From Octopus vulgaris (taxonomy: Eukaryota): a stretch of 64,000 bases of DNA. How positions within the stretch are numbered: position 1 is the first letter of the stretch; the number at the start of each line of letters is the position of its first letter. Where the stretch lies: NCBI GenBank assembly GCA_951406725.2, contig OX597818.1:30194001-30258000 (forward strand), in the 5' to 3' direction. Below, piece after piece: positions 40,641 to 53,632 of this stretch. A program made the translations under genes and the position numbers. The notes under the pieces are model-generated. The model made no database searches, was not told where the DNA came from, and saw only the letters and a list, made by a program, of their open reading frames with translations.

Positions 40641-41041
40641 TCTTTTACTTGTTTCAGTCAGTTGACTGCGGCCATGCTGGAGCACCGCCTTAGTCGAGCA
40701 ACTCAACCCCGGGACTTATTCTTTGTAAGCTCAGTACTTATTCTATCAGTCTCTTTTGCCGAACCGCTAAGTGATGGGGACATAAACACACCAGCATCGG
40801 TTGTCAAGCAATGCTAGGGGACAAACACATACACACAAACACATACACATACACACACATATATATATACATATATACGACAGGCTTCTTTCAGTTTCCG
40901 TCTACCAAATCCACTCACAAGGCATTGGTCGGCCCGAGGCTATAGCAGAAGACACTTGCCCAAGATGCCACGCAGTGGGACTGAACCCGGAACCATGTGG
41001 TTGGTTAGCAAGCTCCTTACCACACAGCCACTCCTGCGCCT
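40641..41041 (-). mobile_element. Family A SINE, full length
   Basis: Nearly identical to 49690-50092. Confidence 0.9.
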
Positions 41042-41420
41042 ATTATATCTGTTATATAAAATCCGTTCTGTCTCTCTGTGTGTGTGTCTTCTAGGATCTC
41101 GGGCTTCCTCCATCCGATTGTGCTCAGATTTGATATATAGATATCGATGGTATCAGGACGTGAATAAGTCTTGAAAAAATTACAAAAATCGATTCCAGGT
41201 GAGAATGCGATCGATAAAGCCATGGGAACGTGCATTTGTAAAATCGTTTTTCATGGAATAGAAAAAAGTCTATCTTTATTTCTTCTTTTGCTGGTGTCTC
41301 AAATTTAGGTTAAATCAGTGTTTCTCAAAGGGGAGGCCTATGGGACAGTCGGACAAGTTGTTTTGAGAAAATTTGGTTTAAATGTTTGACAATTCAGCAC
41401 CGTCCATTAGTGTTTTGCTC

Positions 41421-41462
<42 letters not shown>

Positions 41463-41722
41463 TAAAGTCAAAGAAAAAATATATATGAAATACCTTCATT
41501 CTGCTTGGTATGTTGATGTTAAAAATATATCCAGCAGGTTAATGTGTGTGTGTGTGTGTGTGCGTGTGCATGTGCAAGTGTGTGTGCATGTATGTATGTG
41601 TGAGTGTGTGTGTACCTGTGTGTCTATTGTCAAGTTTCACTTGGGTACAAGTTTTATTTTTTATTGAATAGGGGGCTTACATGCATATACACTTACCCAA
41701 CCCCACACAGTCTATTTTATTT

Positions 41723-42025
41723 CACCATCATCACGTCATCACGTGACCGACCAGTCCATCAGATGTAGTTACACATCGCTGGTCACAATGCATTCGCATT
41801 GTTTTAGCCTTCGAATGATGCCACCCCGCTGGCTAAGCGAGCAGGCCAACAGAAGAAAGAGTGGTGAAAGAGTACAGCAGGGATCACCACCCCCTGCCGG
41901 AGCCTCATGGAGCTTTTTAGGTGTTTTCACTCAATAAACACTCACAACGCCCGGTCTGGGAATCGAAACCGCGATCCTACGACCGCGAGTCCGCTGCCCT
42001 AACCACTAGGCTATTGCGCCTCCAC
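41723..42025 (-). mobile_element. tRNA-derived SINE with 11-bp TSD
   Basis: Head ggcgcaatagcctagtggttagggcagcggactcgcggtcgtaggatcgcggtttcgattccc; TSD ctattttattt at 41712-41722 and 42026-42036. Confidence 0.85.
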
Positions 42026-42349
42026 CTATTTTATTTATACCATTTATTCTTTTTTTTTTTGTCAGTGAACAGGTCGCAGTCTCAAAGCGACGAAAATATT
42101 TTGACAAACTAAATTTAAATGTTGAAGTGAATCTAACGGTTTTGTGTGTTTCTTAAATGGCTTATAAACACCTTCCACGCTGCAATTGTTTTTGTTCCAG
42201 CACACTATCTCAGATCAAGTCACTCGCTATGCAAGTACATCTCCATAATTTATTCTTATGTTTGTCAGACAATCAGAGAAATCATCTTGATTAGTATACT
42301 GTTTTAAAATGAAAATTCCCAGTTTAGATACTAGCAAAAACAAGTGGCT

Positions 42350-42500
42350 GAAATTGGCTTCCTCCAAAGGATCTCTGGAGAACATTACTCAATAGGGTGA
42401 ATAGCTCAGAGATCAGGGAGTCTCTTCAGGTCAAGCTGCTACTTCTCTGCATTGAGACGGCGCAGCTCTCATACTATGGACATGTCAAGAGAAAGAATTA
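42350..42500 (+). mobile_element. RTE-clade LINE fragment
   Basis: GFLQRISG/TLLNRVNSSEIRESLQVKLLLLCIETAQLSYYGHVKR. Confidence 0.65.
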
Positions 42501-42720
42501 CAAGACCTAGGATTAGACCATGAACAAGATGGTCAGATTAATATTCATAGTTTCAGTTGGTCTGGTTTGGGAATCCAGTGAGAAAGTTAATGATGGCTAT
42601 TTGTGATAGGACCCTATGAAGGAGGTACATGAGGACTCTGCCTCAGGAATAGTAAGTGAAGAAGATAGATGGACAGATGCTTTAGATTCAAGATCTTGAA
42701 TATCAGTCCAAAAATATTGA

Positions 42721-43099
42721 CTCTTTTACTCTTTTACTTGTTTCAGTCATTTATATATATCTATATATAAAGGCTGGAACACCGCCTTTAGTCAAGCAAA
42801 TCGACCAAGACTTATTCTTTGTAAGCCTAGTATTTATTCTATCGGTCTCTTTTGCCGAACCGCTAAGTTACAGGGACGTAAACACACCAGCATCAGTTAT
42901 CAAGCAATGTGGTGGGGAGGGACAAACACAGACACACAAACACACACACATACATACATATATATATATACACACATATACATTTATACGACGGGCTTCT
43001 TTCAGTTTCTGTCTACCAAATCCACTCACAAGTCTTTGGTCAGCCCAAGGCTATAGTAGAAGACACTTGCCCAAGGTACCACACAGCCACTCCTGTGCC
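42721..43099 (-). mobile_element. Family A SINE with internal deletions
   Basis: Matches family A; lacks part of the head. Confidence 0.85.
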
Positions 43100-44036
43100 T
43101 TTGATGTCTGTGAAGTTTATACATGGTCAAGAGCTCAAAATGTACTATTTTTGTTACTGTACTCAAGGACTGCAGTTCTGTTTTTCCTAATCTGATTTCC
43201 TCATTCATGTGATTAATAGTAAGAAAAACAGTTACCCTCAAAACTATGCAAATATTTAATTTTTGGTGAACCATCTTATGCATGTTAGCATAGAAAATGG
43301 ATTTAAAACAGTTTGAAGTTTGCCATTATGTTGTGCTCTTGAGCAAGTTACATAGCTCTACCTGTTCTATTTTGTCTATCTGTTTACCTGAGCAGTTGTA
43401 GTGCACCTGAGCACTGTATACAAAAGGTTCATTATATATATTACATAAAACAAATTCTGTACCCTACTTTATGGTTGAATGTCTGATGGAAGAAAGCATG
43501 ACCAGTTTCTGCAACAAAATCATGGTCACTGGTTGTAGTTATTGCCAGTACCATGCATCATCAGGGTCACTGCCGGGGTCATGTAAATGACACTTACCTG
43601 TGAATCATAGTCATGTTCATTGCTGGTGTCATGTAAATGGCACCCATGCTGGTGGCACATAAAAGTACCTATTACACTCCTGAATATTTCTCCCAGCATT
43701 CACTAATTTCCTCTTGTTCTGGTCTAACAACCCTCCATGTTTGTTTTTGTTCAGTTTCCTTGTACATCTCCACTGTCCTTGTTTTGTTCCCAACTTTGAC
43801 CTTCCATAAATCCTAAATTTTATTTTAGAATTTATGAGAGCATCTGTCTTTGAAGACTCATATTGTCATTGAATGCTCAAAATGAGGAGTAGATAGACAG
43901 CTGACAACTGATGAAGGGTCGTTTCTCTGTGTTTACTTGTCCTGTTTTCCATTTTTTTCTCTCGTTTACATATTTAACTCATTTGTCTATGTATTTCTTA
44001 TTGTTTACACAGCTAGTGACGTCCTGTACCCATATA

Positions 44037-44076
<40 letters not shown>

Positions 44077-44157
44077 TCCCGGGTTGATTCGGGGTTAACC
44101 ACAGTAAATAAGGTACTCAATACATAGCAGAGTAAAATTAATTTATTATATAGAAGG

Positions 44158-44208
44158 AGCTTCTACAGGACTAGAACTGTTTCATTCAAGAGAAATCATC
44201 AGGAAGCT
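44158..44208 (-). ncRNA. Type I hammerhead ribozyme, apparently intact
   Basis: agcttc CTGATGA tttc tctt gaat GAAA cag ttctagtc ctg TA gaagct: 6-bp stem I, acag/ctgt stem III with a ctag palindrome in the loop, GUA site; ~85 nt from a (TA)n tract. Confidence 0.85.
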
Positions 44209-44416
44209 AGTTAACAAGAATTGTATTGGCATTTATACATTTAGGCAGGTTTAAAGGGGTGGTGGTGGGGGACTTTTTGGGGGTAGGCATAGCGCAAAAA
44301 TATCATACTTGGGGGAGTGGTCAAGGAGTCAGTGGTAAATTAGATAAAAGAATAAATAAAAGAATAAAAAAAATATATAGAAGAATAGAGTTTTAGGTAA
44401 ATAAGGAGATTCTCAC

Positions 44417-44732
44417 TTATACATATACACATATGTATATATATACACACACACACACATATACACATATACATACACACATACATACACACACACACAT
44501 ATACATATACATACATATATATACATACATACATACACATACATATATATATATATATATATACATATATATACATATATATGCATATACATATACACAC
44601 ACACATGTATATATACACACACGACCACACATACATATACACACAAAAATATATACATACACACACATACACATACACACATACACACACATATCCACAT
44701 ACACACATGCACACACAAGTCCCTATATACAC

Positions 44733-44779
<47 letters not shown>

Positions 44780-45369
44780 TATACATATGTGTACCTATAC
44801 ATACCTACACATACACACATATACATACAAATACAAACCCATTCCCTAATTTTAATTTTATTATCTTCATTTATTACTTTTGTTATCTTTGACCGCTGGT
44901 CACAAGCATCTTGGCTACGACAGCAAGTCCATTTATCTTTCTACTTGAACACAAGCACTCACTCACGCACGCACACTCATTAGCATGCACACTCACTCAT
45001 TCGTACACTCATACACATACACGCATGCACGCGTTATATTCATACATACATACATCTACATACATTCACATATATACACATACGTACGCGTACCTACAGA
45101 TTCATGTCTACACGCTTAGAAGACTAGTCCATACATATACACCAATAAATATATATACACACATACATATACAAATACATACATACAAATATACATACAT
45201 ATATATATAATATATATACACGTATATATACATACATACACCCATACATACATACACCCATACATACATACATATATACACATACACACACCCACACATA
45301 TACATATACATACATATACGCGCATACATACACATACATATACATACATATACACATACACATATACTC

Positions 45370-45405
<36 letters not shown>

Positions 45406-45772
45406 ATACATGTACATACATACATATACATATACACACACACACATACATACACATATACACATACACACACATACACATATACATGCGTACCCATACG
45501 CACACACACACACGCGCGCATCCATATATACACATAAGTACACACATGCGTAAAAGTATACATATATCTATACATATGCTTACACATACACACACACACA
45601 CGCGCCTCCTTATGTTCATATACTTACATGCATACTCAAAAAATAAATAATAAAATATATGTACGTGCAGTTATTCATATACATACATGCACACTCAAAA
45701 AATAAATAATAAATATTAAGTATATATACATGCAGTTACCTATTATACAGGCGGATACATACATATAAACTT

Positions 45773-45826
<54 letters not shown>

Positions 45827-45949
45827 CTTACACATATGTACATATACATACACACATACATAACTCTACGTACCTACATATACATAAACACACGAGCGTA
45901 CACGTATATGTACATATACACATACACACACACACACATACATACATAC

Positions 45950-46016
<67 letters not shown>

Positions 46017-46073
46017 TATACATACACACACATACACATACACACACATATATATATACATACATATATATAC

Positions 46074-46124
<51 letters not shown>

Positions 46125-46324
46125 TACACATATACACACACACACACACATATATATATATACACACACACACATACATATACATACACACATATACATA
46201 TACATATATATATATATATACACATACACACACAACACATGTGTGCATACATACATACATACTCATACACACACACACACTTACACATACATATATACAC
46301 ACACCTACACACATATATATATAT

Positions 46325-46369
<45 letters not shown>

Positions 46370-46809
46370 TATACACACACATATTCACATATATATACAT
46401 ATACATATATATATATACCCACACATACACATACACACATATATATACATATATACATACATATACACACATACTCACGCACACACATATATATACATAC
46501 ATACACATACACATACATATATATATATATACATATATATACACATGCACATACGTATAACTCTACATACCTACATATACATATATATATATACACACAC
46601 ACATACATATACATATATACATATATACATATATATACACATATATATATACCCATCTACAATCTGTATATACACACACATACATGCACATACACATAAC
46701 TCTACATACCTACATATACATCGACATACTCACGTACACTTATATATATATATATACATATACACACACATATACATATATATATATATATAAATATATA
46801 TATACACAC

Positions 46810-46840
<31 letters not shown>

Positions 46841-46843
46841 TAC

Positions 46844-46908
<65 letters not shown>
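44417..46908. repeat. ~2.5 kb compound (TA)/(CA)/(TACA) microsatellite field with higher-order repeats
   Basis: Direct read; the motif ataactctac.tacctacatatacat recurs at about 45860, 46557 and 46696. Confidence 0.9.
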
Positions 46909-46910
<2 letters not shown>

Positions 46911-47352
46911 ACAATTGAGGGTAAAGTTAATTAGTTATTAATCAATTTCACCAAGTATTCAGTATGTAAAAGGACCATTATATTTGAGTAAACATTGTCT
47001 GAGAGAAATTTTCTTTAAGTAGTGGAAATGGCTAAAAAACTTATTTGGCTGCTATTTCTAGAAAGTTCAGTATGTGGCAAAGTAATTTATTTTACTAAGC
47101 CCTAATTATATAATATTTTATATATACATACACATATATACACACATACATATACACATACATATGCATACACACATATATACATATATACACACACACA
47201 TACATATATATTTTTTTTTTTTCTTTATATATTTTTTTACATACATACACACACACATAATACATGCGTATATTCCTACTATACCCATACATTTCTATAC
47301 ATATATACGATACACATATACACAAGCGTACACATACAATATGTGAAAGGTC

Positions 47353-49042
47353 TTAGGAGAAAAGGTAATCAGGGGTGCTAGGGGAACGGTGGGATTGGGG
47401 GGGTTTGGGGGGGGTGTCATCAATCTGGTTGCCGGGTAGGTCTATAGTTCTTGTAGTTTGCATAATTCTTATGCATGCAATTTGGGGAGTGTTCTGAGAT
47501 CTTGTTAAGGAAGAGGGCCTTTGGCGAACAAGATCTCTAGGCTCTCCGAAATGCAAAGGTCACAGCAGGTATGGCCTCCTGTGTACGAACGCGCCTTCTG
47601 TAGTAGTTTCCACTTGGTCTTGAAGGGGATGGAGTTCCTTTTAAGGTACCAGATGTGGGCGGCGAGGATAGTTTGGTTGGATTTATCCGGTCGCCGGAAC
47701 GAGTGTGTGTGGGCGTACCAATGAGTCTTAAAGCTGTTTGACGTCATTCCGATGTAGGATTTTCTTTTATCATCAGGGCCTGATCTTACCTCGCATGTAT
47801 ATACTAGGTCCCTCTGTAGGCAGTTGTTGTTGAGGGGGCAGGTGGTTTTATCAGGGCAGTTGCAATTGCTATCGGACGTTGGATGGGCCTCAGAAAAAGT
47901 AGATATATTAAGTTTTTTCACATTGTTGTTGGCTAGGTTCCTGGCTAGATTGGGCGTGGTAGAGTAGGAGAGTCTAATAGTGTTCTTATTTAGGATAGTG
48001 TAGTACTTATGTTGGGTGGGGAAGTGTTTCTGTAGGAGAGTGAAGAAGATTTTAGCTACAGGTGTAGCGACCTCACGGTTGAAGGGGGGTTGTACCAGCT
48101 AATGTGTCTTCGTCTATTTTTCCTGGGTTGGCGTGGGGCTATACTAGTATAGGTAATCCTATCTTTAAAGCCACTGCGGGCCAGGGCCTCGTTGTAATAG
48201 GGGGCTGCGGCCTTAAAGATGTCTTCCGTGGCGGACAGGCTAGAAATTCTAATTGAGACACTTTTTACTAGGTTATCTAATATATTTTTGGGGTGGTTGG
48301 AATTAATGTCTATATATCTAAGGGATTCATTTGGTTTGTGGTACAGGTAATAAAGTGAGGTTTTTAAGTCGAGGGTGACGTCGAGGAAGTTAGCTTTGGT
48401 TAAGTTGGATTCTAAGGTAATCTTAAGGCCTAAGTTTTTAAAGAAGGTGTAAAGATTTTTCCGGAACCCATCCGTGGTCCTGGGGTTTATTTTGTGGAGG
48501 GCGAAAAGGCCGTCATCGTGGTAAAGACCACCGGAGAGGCCTGTGAATAGGGTTTTCAGCCTATGGAGGATGAAAAGGCCCACTAGGTCACTTATTTCAG
48601 CCGAGTCGCTAGCACCCATGCTGACGTCGAAGGGGGTCACAGATTTTTTGTTGATCCAGTGGGATCCGTCATGGAAAAGAAAAGTCTTACGTGCGTGGAG
48701 GATCACATCTTGCTCGGCCTCGGTGATGGTGGAGGACCTCCTGGCGAAGTTAATCGCGTCGATCAGCAAGCTCTCCGATATGGAGGCGTAGTAATCCTCG
48801 ATATCCAGTTGTAGGAATCGGGTGTTGCTTTTGTCAGGTAAATCCCGGAACCAGGTTATTGCCTCGGAGGTCCTATTCCAGAGTGGAAGGGTGAAGCTTC
48901 ACGCATTTTTGGTAAAATCCTGTCCAGGATCTTCTTGCTGACGGATCCGATGTCAGACTTGGTTGGGTTAATCAGTCGGACCGACGGTTTATTTTCGAAA
49001 TGGTCTTTGTGGTCTTTCAGGGTGAAGTGTGGGGACTTCACC

Positions 49043-49047
<5 letters not shown>
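47353..49047 (-). pseudogene. Penelope-like retroelement (Naiad-type) RT plus GIY-YIG endonuclease, 5'-truncated and frameshifted
   Basis: [64 protein letters not shown], linker CNCPDKTTCPLNNNC, LVYTC...SYIG, CCDLC; the 5' end abuts (TA)n at 49047. Confidence 0.92.
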
Positions 49048-49082
<35 letters not shown>

Positions 49083-49083
<1 letters not shown>

Positions 49084-49403
49084 GGTTAAGTAATTGAGAT
49101 TCTAGTGAATTCTAAAGAATTCACATGAATATGGTCCTTAACTAGGATGCACCGGGAATCTATATGGTGTTAACCATACGACAAATGGGGTGATTACAAA
49201 TAGGAAAAAAGCAACAAGAATGGATTAAAATCTCGGTACGATCGTTTCGTACGAGGACATCTTTAATAAGCTACAAAAAATGCAGTGAATACAGAGTACG
49301 AGCCATCTGTATTCACTGCAGTTTTTGTAGCTTATTAAAGATGTCCTTGTACGAAACAATCGTACCGAGATTTTAATCCATTCTTGTTGCTTTTTTCCTA
49401 TTT
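49083..49403. mobile_element. Fold-back PLE-tail remnant between (TA)n tracts
   Basis: 49198-49295 is inverted at 49306-49403; each arm carries the HHR 3' half gtacGAAAc(g/a)atcgTAccgaga. Confidence 0.75.
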
Positions 49404-49404
49404 A

Positions 49405-49487
<83 letters not shown>

Positions 49488-49676
49488 TGTTTATTATTAT
49501 TATTTAATTGAATGCCATGCATCCATTTCCAAGTGTATATATATATATTTATATATATATGGGGAGGGGAGGGTATTTGTGTTTCTCCCCCCACTATCGC
49601 TTGACAACTGATGTTGGTGTACTTATGTCCCCGTAACTTAGCACTTCGGCAAAAAGAGACCAATAGAATAAGTACT

Positions 49677-50092
49677 CTTTTACTCATTTACTCTTTTACT
49701 TGTTTCAATCATTTGACTGCGGCCATGCTGGAGCACCGCCTTTAGTCGAGCAAATCAACCCCGGGACTTATTCTTTGTAAGCCCAGTACTTATTCTATCA
49801 GTCTCTTTTGCCGAACCGCTAAGTGACGGGGACGTAAACACACCAGCATCGGTTGTCAAGCAGTGCTAGAGGGACAAACACAGACACACAAACACACACA
49901 CATACATATACATATATATACATATATACGACAAGCTTCTTTCAGTTTCCGTCTACCAAATCCACTCACAAGGCATTGGTTGGCCCGGGGCTATAGCAGA
50001 AGACACTTGCCCAAGATGCCACGCAGTGGGACTGAACCCGGAACCAAGTGGTTGGTTAGCAAGCTACTTACCACACAGCCACTCCTGCGCCT
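49677..50092 (-). mobile_element. Family A SINE nested head-to-tail inside an opposite-strand family A SINE (49555-49676 plus 50096-50208)
   Basis: The outer copy is interrupted at gaataagtact|aagtattagacttacaaag, with taagta duplicated. Confidence 0.85.
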
Positions 50093-53000
50093 ATGTAAGT
50101 ATTAGACTTACAAAGAATAAGTCCTGGGGTTGATTTGTTCGACTAAAGGCAGTGCTCCAGCATGGCTGCAGTCAAATGACTGAAACAAGTAAAAGAATAA
50201 AAGAGAATAGAAACTATTACAGATTAGTGACTGGAGAAAGAATGAGATTAAAGACCGAGTCTCAAGGAATACAGTTTTCATGATGTGAGTTGGTGACAGT
50301 GGCATTTTTTACCCCAACTCTTTTTATATCTTTTATTTATATCTAAACATTTCATTCCAGTATGTGGTTATAGATATTATTATCTAATTTGGGAGCTGTA
50401 GATATATTAGTGTGGGAAAATGGAAGGTGGTGGGTAATATTGGTATTTACTTGACTGAATTATTTCTGGTAGCCAATACTTTCCGAATTATTAACATCTT
50501 GTGAATGTGTGTGTGAGTGTGTGTGTGTGTGTGTGTGGTGCACGCGTGTGTGTGTGTGCATGTATGTGTTTGTTCATGTCAGAGTGTGTGTATGTATGTG
50601 TATGGATATGTGTGTGTGTGTGTGCATGTGTATTGTATGTGTGTATGTTTTCTGTTTGACAAAGTGTATCGGTCAATCAAGTCTCTGATTATTTTCGTAT
50701 ACGCATGAAACTAAGGACACTGAAACCCTGCAGTTACAAATTGAAATGTTTGAGTTCAAAACAAACCTAGAGAAACATACTACATGCATAACAATGGGAC
50801 CCAAACCTGAAAAACGAATGAAGTCTAGATTTATCAAAACAATGTATCAAATAAAAACACACAAGCTGAGGTCAGTCATTTGAAACATTTTAAAGTTGGC
50901 AGAGATTAGAAGATCCTATCTGTGCAGATACTTCTATATCTGGTAGGAAGATACTTTAAGAAGTGAGGAAGTGATTACATGTATTCATGCAGTAAATAAC
51001 TCAGTGAAACGGAAGATAGATGGTTATAAGAGATTAACTTGTGTAGGCTGTAATTTTGACTACATATACTGCTGCTGCTATTATACAGTCTGTTTGTTAA
51101 TGTTACTGTTATTGTTGCTGTTACTTCTTGTTTTGTTGATACTGATTCTACAGCCATTCAAGTGAATTTAGTTTGACGAAAATGAACAAAACAATTGCTA
51201 TTGAAAATCTGGAAAGATTTCTTTTGACAATTTTATCATTACTTCATTGACACAAACTATTGAACAAACTAAGAATTTCTATTTAAAAAAATACTCTTGG
51301 AAAATGATTTTGCACCAGAATACCCTGAACCTGAAATAATGCTGCACTATTTCTTATAATGTTCTTTTTCAATGCTACAATAAAATTACACTTCTGCCTC
51401 ATATTTCTCTTCAGGAATATTTTTGAAGAGTCTAAATAATATGACTGTTTGTTTCTCAGAAGGACTCTCATCTTTGGATTTTTATAAATATCTTCTTCAA
51501 ATGCCTGAATTTTCCAAACCAATTAAATATATTTGTGACATGACTATAATCACAACAATAATGATAATAATGATGATTTTGCTTAGGATAATGGTGTCAA
51601 TGTGGATTTTCTCCCCTCCATGCACACGCAAGCATGTATCTGACTCATACACTGTTCACTTTCCAGACATTTGTACATTACTGCATATGCTTTATATGCA
51701 CTTTTGACAAGTTGTGGTGCACCTGAGCACTGTATACAATAATTTCATTATTACATGATAATGATGCTGGTGAGGATAATTATGTTGATGAGGGTAATGA
51801 TCATAATCATGTTTGTTATCATGATTATAATTATCATCATTACTGCCCTCCTCCTCATCATCGTCGTCATCGTCATTGTCATTTTCTCATATTAAAGAAA
51901 GCTTTGTGAGTTAAATTCAGTAGAGAGATGTATGGAAGCCTATCAGAGGAACCATCCCTGTTCTTGGGTGATAGGATTTAACTCGGTATCTGCTGTAATA
52001 CTATCACCTTTTCCTTGGACCCATCGTGGAGTCCAGTGTATTACAAGCATTCAGGACACTAGTTTCCAATCTCATGGTAACTTCTTCCATTCACCCCATC
52101 AGTCTCAAAAGTCTTTGAAAGAGTTGTGTGTATTGTCATTCCTTTTCTGAGTAGACTAAAAAACAAACAGTTACAACACTAACAACAATAAAGCATCCAT
52201 TTATTGAAATGAAAAACAGATAAAGCAACAAATTTGATGCTGAGTCTTCAACTTTATCACAGTAACTTTTTAATGTGGGTGTGGTTGCAACAATGTAGTC
52301 TGAAATATTTAAGTGCTATCAAGTTTAATCTACATTTAATGAGCTAATGTGGGAACCCCTATGCAGTTGTTTGAATGTCTAAAAATAGCAGCCATACCTC
52401 CTATGTACCATGATCTTAAAAATTGAAGGACACATTGTGCAGTGTAGTCACTGATGTACAAGGGAGGAAGGGGGTCATGTTGATGACAAGGGAAAAAGGG
52501 GGTCATGTTTTCAAGAGATTTGATTATAGTATAAGTCTACTTGATCAGAACTGATCTGGGTTAAACAAAAACAGCAATGTATATTTGACAGAAACCTGTA
52601 ATTTTAACCAACACAAACTAGTTAAGAGAGAAGCTGATATGAAATGTGTACCAGTAAATTTGTTTGCTCAAGTCCTTACTTCAATCCAAACCATGTGACC
52701 AAGATATTTTGTTTTATGTTCAATACATGCTCTTTGATGTGGCAATTTTAAGCCAACCATATAAATGTTGCTGTTTTTTATATTAACTGCACAAATGTCC
52801 TACTCATGTTCAGCTTTGAGTCCATACTCCTTGGTGCAGTCTATAGAAGACAGTTTGTTCCTTGGGCATTTTTTACTTAAGCCCGTTGCCCTCTATGGAG
52901 CATATGCTATTAAGAACTTTTCACCATTGTTCTTGACTCTGAACTTATTTTCTGCTTCTCTCCAGGTGAATCAGTATCCTACCTCCAATTATTTTTAAGG

Positions 53001-53632
53001 CTTCCTCTCTTCTGACTTCCTTATGAGTTCCAGATATGTTTCCCTGAAAGAAGGCTTTCTTCTCCCAGGTCTTATTGGTTTTTAATTTTCATTGATGCTT
53101 CAGTAACTTTGCTTTTTTCCTGGGTAGAGGTGTTGGCCCTATGCAAACTCTGTTTTTTTTTCTACCTTTTGGAAGAGGTGGTCCATATTAGCCTGACCTC
53201 TCCTTCGATCTGTTCACCATGGGTGGCCCTAACACTGGCACAGTTCTCAGAGTAACTGAGGCATACAAACCACTATGCCACAACAAGAACTGGACCTTGT
53301 GGTAGATAAATATTTGTAGTTTTATAGAATTTGGTCCAGTTCACACAAGAAAACCTTGTCTGTGTTCTCTTCTGAGCCCTTGGTACTCAATTTAGTTTAC
53401 ATACAGTGTAGACACATCTTTATTGAGTTACAAATCAAAGCAACTTGAACCAGTCTATACAAGAAATGACTTCATGTGCAGCTGTGAGCCATACTTCTAA
53501 GTTCAGCTGTGCCAGTTTGTCCAGTGCATGCCAACATATTTTAATGCATGCTGACTTGTTTAATACAGGCCATTATGAAAAATAGAATTTTAAATTTGAT
53601 TGACTGATGCTACAATTTTGGTAATATATATA

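Noticed and set aside
41048-41300. Possible non-autonomous Helitron 5' end (tc..tatataaa plus TG repeats)
   Set aside because: No 3' hairpin or CTRR terminus identified.
43840-43925. ctgatga/tgaaga-containing possible hammerhead
   Set aside because: ctcat/atgag and ctgtc/gacag stems exist, but there is no GAAA box or NUH in register.
44340-47346. Many long ORFs (up to 287 aa) rich in Y/I/H/T or C/V/M
   Set aside because: Translations of (TA)/(CA) microsatellites, which lack stop codons; the same applies at 4504-4867, 26229-26595 and 59035-60545.
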